From the IMG/VR virus record IMGVR_UViG_3300043139_000001, positions 1 through 42,185 of that record: a stretch of DNA of 42,185 bases; one strand, given 5' to 3'. Numbering within the stretch: position 1 is the stretch's first letter; each line of letters begins with the position of its first letter. The translations under genes and the position numbers were made by a program. Positions 25,225 through 31,170 of the stretch are shown here, piece after piece. Below the pieces are notes generated by a model. That model did no database searches and was not told the DNA's origin. It saw only the letters and a program-made list of their open reading frames with translations. This stretch comes from a virus.

Positions 25225-25255
25225 AACGCCGCGCCAAAAATCAGGGCGCGGCGTT
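25225..25255 (-). terminator. Terminator of the leftward operon (hairpin usable on both strands)
   Basis: aacgccgcgcc / ggcgcggcgtt form an 11-bp perfect stem with a 9-nt loop. On the minus strand the stem runs into TTTTGG. It overlaps the last codons of the 25241 gene. Confidence 0.55.
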
Positions 25256-25474
25256 GGCCGTACCGGCCTCGCGGATCAGGCGATTGGCGCGCTGTCGCGT
25301 GATCTCCCGCTCCGGCAACTGGCGGCCCTCTTCGAGCGTCAGCTCGGGATGGTCGCGGGCCTCGGCGAGAGCGGAGCCGAGCCGCTTTCGCAGCTCGACC
25401 CCCCGCTCTTCGTGTTCGTGGAGTTCCTGCTCGGTCGCGCCGATCTCTAGGCGGATCGCCTTCGCGCTCCGCAT
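25241..25474 (-). CDS. Hypothetical helical 77-aa protein
   Basis: ATG 3 nt after the upstream stop. Charged helical composition. Confidence 0.6.
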   Translation of the reverse strand: MRSAKAIRLEIGATEQELHEHEERGVELRKRLGSALAEARDHPELTLEEGRQLPEREITRQRANRLIREAGTANAAP

Positions 25475-25477
25475 CGG

Positions 25478-25636
25478 TCAGTCCTCGATATCCCAGGACA
25501 CCTCCACCGCTCCGTCGAGTCGGTCTTCCTCCTTGTTGTCCTCGACGAGTTCCTCGACCACGGCGACGGCCTTGGTCCGCAGCCAGTCGAGGTCCGACGA
25601 GTCGGCGCACTCGACGTTGATAACGAGCGTTGGCAT
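25478..25636 (-). CDS. Very acidic 52-aa protein
   Basis: ATG 25636 preceded by AACCGAAGGGAGCAGCA. I rejected the upstream extension to 25774 because it runs through the tRNA-like element. Confidence 0.55.
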   Translation of the reverse strand: MPTLVINVECADSSDLDWLRTKAVAVVEELVEDNKEEDRLDGAVEVSWDIED

Positions 25637-25666
25637 TGCTGCTCCCTTCGGTTGTGTTTGGTACAG

Positions 25667-25748
25667 GGGAGCGCCGGGGAATCGAACCCCGGCAGGCTCC
25701 AAGCGCCCCTTGGCCGCGAGCCGCGCGGTGAGTCCCGCGCGGCCCTCC
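25667..25748 (-). ncRNA. tRNA-like cloverleaf element E2 (not a canonical tRNA)
   Basis: The minus strand reads ggagggc-c-GCGCGG-gactca-CCGCGC-GGCTC-(18 nt)-GAGCC-tg-CGGGG-TTCGATT-CCCCG-gcgctcc-c. It has the T-loop consensus and acceptor-like ends pairing at 6/7 positions. There is no 7-nt anticodon loop. Confidence 0.4.
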
Positions 25749-25770
25749 GGCGTCGTCATATCCGGGCCTC

Positions 25771-26085
25771 TCATGCCCTGTCGAATCCGTCGAGCAGGTT
25801 GCGGATCGTCTCCTCGCTCATGCGGTCTTCGCCGATGATCTCGATCAGCCGCTCGCGCGCCTCATAGGCGCTCTCGGTTCGCGCTTCGCGGGCCTCGGCC
25901 AACTCGGCGAGGTAGTTGCGATAGCCGACGCCGTCCCGCTCGGCGTAGTCATAGCCCGACTCGTCGCACAGGTGGCGCAGGTCGCCGAGCAAGTCGGAGA
26001 TGCACTCCTCCACGCTTGAATCGTCTTCGTAGTTGAGGACCGCGCGGTACGCCTTCTCCGCGCGCTCTGCGTTCGTCCGCGCCAT
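25771..26085 (-). CDS. Hypothetical acidic 104-aa protein
   Basis: ATG 2 nt after the upstream stop. No family recognised. Confidence 0.65.
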   Translation of the reverse strand: MARTNAERAEKAYRAVLNYEDDSSVEECISDLLGDLRHLCDESGYDYAERDGVGYRNYLAELAEAREARTESAYEARERLIEIIGEDRMSEETIRNLLDGFDRA

Positions 26086-26087
26086 CG

Positions 26088-26525
26088 TCAGACCTCCTCC
26101 ACGGCGACGGACACTTTCCAGTGTGCGCCCTTGCCGCTCTCAAGGTCAACGATCCAGTTGAGCGCCCAGCCTTCGTTGAAGCTGCCCGCCGCCCACACCC
26201 CGACCTCCTCGGCCGTTCCGGCGAAGAAGTCCGGGTTATCGCGGTAGCTCGATTCGCCCGATCCCTCCGACGTGCAAGCGAGGAACTGCGGGCACTCGGG
26301 CAGCTCGCCCAACGGGCACCCAGCGGCATGGCCCGGCGTGTCCTGTTCGGCGCAGATGCACTCCTCCCCGGCGGCGTCGAACAGCTCCGCTACCTCGGGA
26401 TTGTGGATGCCGTCAGACGGGCTCTCGTCGTCGATCAGTTCGCGCAACCTGCGCAGCCGCTCGGCGTAGTTGGGTGGCGCTGCGCCGAGCCCGTCAGCGC
26501 CGGCCATCTCGGTTTCTGCGTTCAT
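26088..26525 (-). CDS. Hypothetical acidic 145-aa protein with a Cys cluster
   Basis: ATG 26525 preceded by AACCGAAGGGAGCAGCACCC. I rejected the upstream extension to 26600 because it runs through the tRNA-like element. Confidence 0.65.
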   Translation of the reverse strand: MNAETEMAGADGLGAAPPNYAERLRRLRELIDDESPSDGIHNPEVAELFDAAGEECICAEQDTPGHAAGCPLGELPECPQFLACTSEGSGESSYRDNPDFFAGTAEEVGVWAAGSFNEGWALNWIVDLESGKGAHWKVSVAVEEV

Positions 26526-26562
26526 GGGTGCTGCTCCCTTCGGTTGTACTGCGTTCGGTACA

Positions 26563-26608
26563 TGGCCGCGCGCCGGAGTCGAACCGGCGCGATGCTCCAA
26601 AGCGCGGC
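26563..26608 (-). ncRNA. tRNA-like acceptor/T-arm minihelix element E3
   Basis: The minus strand reads GCCGCGC-tttggagcatcgc-GCCGG-TTCGACT-CCGGC-GCGCGGC-CA. The 7-bp outer helix and 5-bp T stem are both perfect. It starts at the last base of the upstream stop codon. Confidence 0.4.
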
Positions 26609-26976
26609 TAGGCGTTGAGCTTGGCTGCCAGGTCGACGGCCTGACGCTCGCTCAGCTTCGGGAGATCCTGTAGGCCGTGACCACGGCGGCAGATGCCCCA
26701 GCCGAACGTACCGGCGGGCTGGCGATTGTTCGCGTCGAGGTCGATAGCGACGTACTCCCACTGAGGCGTAGCGACCACGATCTCGTCTTCCCGTTCGCTG
26801 ACGAGCTGCTCGCCGTCGAGCAGCCGCTCTGCGGCCGTGCTGACCGATCCGGGCTCACCGGACCAGTCGAGCCACAGAGAGGCGGCCTCTACGGCGGTCG
26901 GCTTCACGTCGCTCCGATAGCCCCGGTGGCTGCCGTTGACGTGGCGGCGGACGTGGAAGCTCGGCGCGGCGCTCAT
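26608..26976 (-). CDS. Hypothetical 122-aa protein
   Basis: ATGA overlap with the upstream gene. No family recognised. Confidence 0.6.
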   Translation of the reverse strand: MSAAPSFHVRRHVNGSHRGYRSDVKPTAVEAASLWLDWSGEPGSVSTAAERLLDGEQLVSEREDEIVVATPQWEYVAIDLDANNRQPAGTFGWGICRRGHGLQDLPKLSERQAVDLAAKLNA

Positions 26977-27650
26977 TCGATCAGCTCCGGCACCACACGG
27001 CGGGCGAACTCTTCGGCGGCTTCCTTCGCCTCGCCGGTCAGCTCGACCTCAGCCGAGCTGCTCCATGAGTAGCGGAAGAGCACCCGGCGGATTTCCAGCG
27101 AGGCGGCGGTGTCCTCGCTCCCCAGCTCGACGCCGCCCCCGCTGCACTCGATCAGCAAGCGGCGATCAGGGCCGCCAGTCCCGAGCACGATTTCAAACGT
27201 GGTCGAGGCTTCGACGCAGAGAGGAAGCGCGTTGAGGCGGTCCTCTGCTTCCTCGCGGACCTGCGCGGCGCTGAGTGGCCCAGCGACGCCGTAGCCGATA
27301 TCCAAGCCGAGCAGCTCGTCATTGCTCCATTCGTCGAGCTCGGCCTCCTCTACGTTCGCCAGCTTGAGCAGATCGGCTAGTTCCGTGGTCAGGCTCTCGG
27401 CCGACTCGCCGACGTAGAGAGCCGGGACAGTCTCGCTGTGCTCGGCCTCATAGTCGCTGATCGTGCCGAGCATCGACTGAGGGCAGAGGAACGCAGTCTC
27501 CGGCGTCCACTCCTCCCCGTCCGGCTTGACGCTGTAGAGCGGCTCCCCATAGGGGCCGAACTTGCCGAGCTGCTCGACCACGCGGCCGCTCCTCGCCCCG
27601 TAGCCAGCGCGGACCAGGACACGATCTCCGCTGTTGTGCTGGTAGTGCAT
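26973..27650 (-). CDS. Hypothetical 225-aa acidic protein with an SH3/Tudor-like N-terminus
   Basis: ATG 27650 preceded by AACCGAAGGAGTGACG. N-terminus GDRVLVRAGYGARSGRVVEQL..YSVKPDGEEW. First gene of the leftward operon. Confidence 0.65.
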   Translation of the reverse strand: MHYQHNSGDRVLVRAGYGARSGRVVEQLGKFGPYGEPLYSVKPDGEEWTPETAFLCPQSMLGTISDYEAEHSETVPALYVGESAESLTTELADLLKLANVEEAELDEWSNDELLGLDIGYGVAGPLSAAQVREEAEDRLNALPLCVEASTTFEIVLGTGGPDRRLLIECSGGGVELGSEDTAASLEIRRVLFRYSWSSSAEVELTGEAKEAAEEFARRVVPELIE

Positions 27651-27703
27651 CGTCACTCCTTCGGTTGCGCTGCGTTCATGTAACGCCCACGGTACAGCAT
27701 CGC

Positions 27704-27713
27704 GGGTACACGT
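27704..27713 (-). promoter_or_regulatory. Degenerate copy of the ACGTGTACAC motif upstream of the leftward operon
   Basis: The minus strand reads ctgctACGTGTACCCgcgatgctgTACCGT. The motif is followed 9 nt later by a TANNNT-like hexamer, 50-60 nt before ATG 27650. Confidence 0.35.
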
Positions 27714-28066
27714 AGCAGAGGATCGGCGGGACGTGGACACATGTTCGGTTCCGCTCTGCTCTCGGCGTTGACGTGCAGCGGATGGCGCGTTGGCTCTACG
27801 CGCGCTGCACCAAATGCGCGCGCGAGCTGCGCTGCTCAGCTCGGCACGTGGTCGGACATATCCGCCGGACTGTCAACCCTTGCTTGGCTCTGCGAGTGGG
27901 CGCGTTCGATCAAGCGAATGCAGAACCCTCGAAACCCTCCCGATCATGTACCGCAGGCGGCACAATCAGGGGGGCGGGGGAGTGGGCGAATCCCGGCGCT
28001 GGCGCATCTATATATCTCCACCCTCCTCTACAAGAATTGGCCGAAAGAGCGGCCTTGTGTACACGT

Positions 28067-28099
28067 CCGTCGAGTCAACCCGCTAGGGTGCCCGTCCGA
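28067..28099 (+). promoter_or_regulatory. GTGTACAC palindrome (28067-28074) and -10-like TAGGGT (28094-28099) upstream of the rightward operon
   Basis: Third exact GTGTACAC copy. Its reverse complement ACGTGTACACA matches the 16327 copy over 11 nt. Confidence 0.4.
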
Positions 28100-28149
28100 G
28101 GAATCGCCGGACAGCTACGGGGGCGGCACACTCCCTAGGGCACGGCGTA

Positions 28150-28195
28150 GGGCCTCGCCATCTGGACCCTGGCGGTCGTGCCGGTGGCGAGGCCC
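28150..28195 (+). other. Large leader hairpin 20 nt upstream of ATG 28216
   Basis: gggcctcgcca (28150-28160) pairs perfectly with tggcgaggccc (28185-28195) around a 24-nt loop. Confidence 0.5.
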
Positions 28196-28215
28196 GCTCT
28201 CACCCCCAGGAACCC

Positions 28216-29730
28216 ATGAGCGAGGAGACGAGAGTGGAGATCGCAGGACCGCACTTCGAGATCAACGAGACGGTCGAGCCGACCCCGGACGCGGCGATCA
28301 AGCCCGCGGGTCGAGTCGGCCGAGTCGAGTCTCGGGCATGGACCGAGTTCCGCGGCCAGCCCGGCTACTGGCGCTACACGATCCGCTGGCCCGGCGGGGG
28401 CACGTCGAACGAGTCGGCGAAACACCTACAGGTGGCCGACCGGATCGCCTGCGACTTGAAGGTGGTCGTCAGCGGCGCCCCGTTCAAGATCGAGACGTAC
28501 ACGACGCAGACCGTCGAGGAAGTCGTCGAGGTCGCGCTCGCGAAGGCGGGCATCCCGCACCCGGATACGCCGCCGAATCCGACCTGGCAACTCCGCACCG
28601 AGGACGGGCGCGAGCTGCGCCACTTGGTCGGCGATGCCGAGCTCGTCGACGGCGAGACGGTGCTCTACCTCGATCCCGAGGTCGGCGGTGGAGGCGACCA
28701 GGGGGGCGAGGTCGTCGAGAGCGGCTACATCTACCCCGGCTGGCAGGGGACGCCGCCCGCGGAGGGCACCCGGCGCGCGCTGATCCGCGACACGATCGGC
28801 GAGACGCTCGAGGGCGCCGAGATCGTCGTCAAGCCGGACGACCGGCCCTTCGAGGGCGACCTGCCGCTGGCGCTGGCCGATCGAGTCGAGGAGGCCCTGC
28901 TCCGCGTCGTCGACCAGGGCGCCACCCCGGAGTCGGGATCGCCCGCCTCGGTGGCTATGGACTTGCTCGACCAGTTCGAGATCCCGCGGACCCGCGAGGG
29001 CGCGATCCTGACGATCGCCCAGCGGGTGACGGCGCTGGCCGACGAGCTCGTGGAGACGCGCCGCCAGGCCGACATCCGCCGCGCCTCGGCAGACGGACTC
29101 GCCGCCACCGTCGACGCGCAGCAGCGGGCAATGGACAAGATCCGCGCCGAGGGCAAGGTCCCCGCCGGCACCAAGGAGCTCGTGATCGTGCTCGAGGACG
29201 TCTCCGACCCGGACGGGCCGCCGGAGTACCGCTTCATCGAGCTCGAGGATCAGGACGGGCGCAGCGTCGGCTCGTTCCCGATGCGCGCGAGCTCGACGCC
29301 GCCGCTCAGAGAGATCGCGATCCCCTACGGCCGCGACGACGCTTGGGTGAGCGAGGTCGCCTACCAGGCCGCCGGGGCCGGCACCCGGCCGCTCATGGAA
29401 GACCACCCCGACTACGTCTTCCCGTCAGAGCGCGTGGCGGACGCCGTCGCGGAGTTGCTCTCCGACTTCGGCATCCCGCGGGCCTGCCGCGACTGCGCCG
29501 AGGAGGAGCTCGGCCACGGCGCCAAGGAGGTCGACGGCCGCCGCGACGACACGATCAAGGCCCTCACCGCGCGCTGCGACTCCCTGCTCGCCCAGCGCGA
29601 AGCCTCGCGGGCGAGCGAGGACACCTACAAGGCCCAGCGCGACTCGGCGCTGCACCTTCTGCGCTGGCTGATCGGCGACCTGATCCCGGCCGACCTGATC
29701 CGGTTCCAAGCCGAGCAGGAAAACTCGTGA
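28216..29730 (+). CDS. Hypothetical 504-aa protein, first gene of the rightward operon
   Basis: ATG with a weak SD. Ordinary amino-acid composition, unlike the overlapping Arg-rich 27741 frame. Residues 81-160 look beta-grasp-like and end in VGGGG. Confidence 0.7.
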   Translation: MSEETRVEIAGPHFEINETVEPTPDAAIKPAGRVGRVESRAWTEFRGQPGYWRYTIRWPGGGTSNESAKHLQVADRIACDLKVVVSGAPFKIETYTTQTVEEVVEVALAKAGIPHPDTPPNPTWQLRTEDGRELRHLVGDAELVDGETVLYLDPEVGGGGDQGGEVVESGYIYPGWQGTPPAEGTRRALIRDTIGETLEGAEIVVKPDDRPFEGDLPLALADRVEEALLRVVDQGATPESGSPASVAMDLLDQFEIPRTREGAILTIAQRVTALADELVETRRQADIRRASADGLAATVDAQQRAMDKIRAEGKVPAGTKELVIVLEDVSDPDGPPEYRFIELEDQDGRSVGSFPMRASSTPPLREIAIPYGRDDAWVSEVAYQAAGAGTRPLMEDHPDYVFPSERVADAVAELLSDFGIPRACRDCAEEELGHGAKEVDGRRDDTIKALTARCDSLLAQREASRASEDTYKAQRDSALHLLRWLIGDLIPADLIRFQAEQENS

Positions 29731-29900
29731 CCCGCGCCGAGCGCGAAGAGAAGGTGATCGAGGCCGTGCGCGGCTACCTGCCCGACGTGAAGCTGGGGAG
29801 CGGCGTGGTGATCCAGATCGAGGCTTGCGACCCTGAGAAGCACGACGGCGCGATCTTCACCGTCACGCAGGCCCGCGACCGCTTCGCCTGCCGCCGCTGA
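29727..29900 (+). CDS. Possible 57-aa protein
   Basis: GTGA overlap with the upstream stop. Its stop overlaps the next ATG (TGATG). It corresponds to the tail of the 27741 ORF on the track. Confidence 0.45.
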   Translation: MTRAEREEKVIEAVRGYLPDVKLGSGVVIQIEACDPEKHDGAIFTVTQARDRFACRR

Positions 29901-30235
29901 TGGCCCGCGAACGCAAGACCGGCGAGACGCTCGAGCTGCTCACCAAAGACGGCGGCGCGGTGCGGCTGCCGAAGAAGAAGCAGCTCGCCCTCCCGCACAT
30001 CGTCGAAGAGTTCCTCTCCATGACGATCTCCGAGCCCGACAGCTACCCGTCGATGTCGGAGCACAAGCAGGCCGAGATCGACCGGGAAATGATCGGCTTC
30101 GCCAAGGCGCAGGAGAAGCTCCGCGAGTTCATCGCGCTCTGCGGCGTCGACGCGATCGCCGACCTGGCCGACGTCCGCGACGATCGCCAGCCGCGCCCGC
30201 AGGACGTAGGAGGGCTGCGCGTGTGGATGCGGTAG
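29900..30235 (+). CDS. Hypothetical 111-aa protein
   Basis: ATG overlapping the upstream stop. Confidence 0.6.
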   Translation: MARERKTGETLELLTKDGGAVRLPKKKQLALPHIVEEFLSMTISEPDSYPSMSEHKQAEIDREMIGFAKAQEKLREFIALCGVDAIADLADVRDDRQPRPQDVGGLRVWMR

Positions 30236-30348
30236 AGGAGGCCCACTGGACCGAAGTGCTCGGCGCCTGGGCCTGGTTCATCGTCTTCCTCGAGTGCGAG
30301 TTCCTCTTCTGGCTCGGCGTAGTCCGCGCGGTCGAGGCTGTCCTGTGA
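30223..30348 (+). CDS. Possible 41-aa membrane peptide
   Basis: GTG start. TM segment LGAWAWFIVFLECEFLFWLGVV. Ends in the junction TCCTGTGAGC. Confidence 0.4.
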   Translation: MDAVEEAHWTEVLGAWAWFIVFLECEFLFWLGVVRAVEAVL

Positions 30349-30446
30349 GCCCCTACGGCTGGGTGCTCGGCTACGGGGTCGTCCTGGGCGGCTCCGTCGT
30401 CTACATCGTCCACCTGTCCGTCGAAGTGATCGGAGGCATCCTGTGA
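30345..30446 (+). CDS. Possible 33-aa membrane peptide
   Basis: GTGA overlaps at both ends. TM segment WVLGYGVVLGGSVVYIVHL. The same TCCTGTGAGC junction occurs at its end. Confidence 0.4.
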   Translation: MSPYGWVLGYGVVLGGSVVYIVHLSVEVIGGIL

Positions 30447-30706
30447 GCGCTTGGGCCGAGACGTCAGTGAAGGCGAAGGGCAACCCCGCCGCCGACTACC
30501 CGCCGCTCGAGGGCGAAGAGTGCGGCCAGTGTCACCGCGAGCTTCGCCAGGGCGAGCGCGTCTTCCGGCTGACCGAGCGCGACGAAGCCTGGGTCTGCGA
30601 AACCTGCATGGCTTCCCCGCTCCCGCTGGCCGGCGGCGTCGCCAAGAGCCTGCAAGGCGTCGCCGACGAGTGGCCCTTCCCTGACGATCCGCCCGACCCG
30701 CTGTAG
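30443..30706 (+). CDS. Small protein with two CxxC pairs (zinc-ribbon-like)
   Basis: GTG start. Contains CGQCHRE...WVCETC. Confidence 0.55.
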   Translation: MSAWAETSVKAKGNPAADYPPLEGEECGQCHRELRQGERVFRLTERDEAWVCETCMASPLPLAGGVAKSLQGVADEWPFPDDPPDPL

Positions 30707-30709
30707 ACG

Positions 30710-30973
30710 ATGGCATTCGGCCCCCTCAAGCGCGGTCCTCAGACCGAGGACCCGATCGACCGCCAGTTCAAGATCCGCGTCCGCGAGGCCGACCTCGAGA
30801 CGATCGAGCGCATGGCCCGCGACGGCGTCACTCTTCCCGAGCGCAAGATCCCGCCGGGCTCGACCAAATCCGAGCTCACCCGGATCGCCCTCGGCCTCGA
30901 CGATCCGCCGGACACCGAGCCCGGCAAGAACGCCCTCGACGAGCTCACCCGCCGGGTGAGGAAACGGGGGTGA
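30710..30973 (+). CDS. Ribbon-helix-helix-like small DNA-binding protein
   Basis: FKIRVREADLETIERMARDG...KSELTRIALGL fits a beta-strand plus two-helix CopG/Arc-like pattern. Confidence 0.5.
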   Translation: MAFGPLKRGPQTEDPIDRQFKIRVREADLETIERMARDGVTLPERKIPPGSTKSELTRIALGLDDPPDTEPGKNALDELTRRVRKRG

Positions 30974-30996
30974 CAGACCAACCAAGGAGGTAGCGC

Positions 30997-31170
30997 ATGG
31001 CCCGCGGCAAGAAGCTCCCCCCGCTCGGCTCCGGCCAGCGGTTCGCCTCTCTCGAGAACAAGCTCGCCCAGCGCGGCGTCCGTAACCCCGGCGCCCTGGC
31101 GGCCTACATCGGTCGCAAGAAGTACGGCTCCAAGAAGTTCGCCGCGCTCGGCCGCCACGGTCGGCGCTAG
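30997..31170 (+). CDS. Conserved-looking small basic protein (57 aa)
   Basis: ATG preceded by AAGGAGG. Sequence GSGQRFASLENKLAQRGVRNPGALAAYIGRKKYGSKKF. Below the ORF-track size cutoff. Confidence 0.6.
   Translation: MARGKKLPPLGSGQRFASLENKLAQRGVRNPGALAAYIGRKKYGSKKFAALGRHGRR

Noticed and set aside
27773-28138. 121-aa ORF (MQRMARWLYARCTKCAREL...) in the long control region
   Set aside because: Third-position GC falls off after about 35 codons, and there is no SD. It would run across the palindrome, the -10-like box and the AT-rich patch. A short peptide cannot be excluded.
27741-29900. 719-aa plus-strand ORF spanning the control region and the 28216 gene
   Set aside because: It is extremely Arg/Gly/Pro-rich and starts inside a non-coding spacer. 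It overlaps the well-behaved 28216..29730 frame. I kept only its last 57 codons (29727..29900), which have a coupled GTG start.
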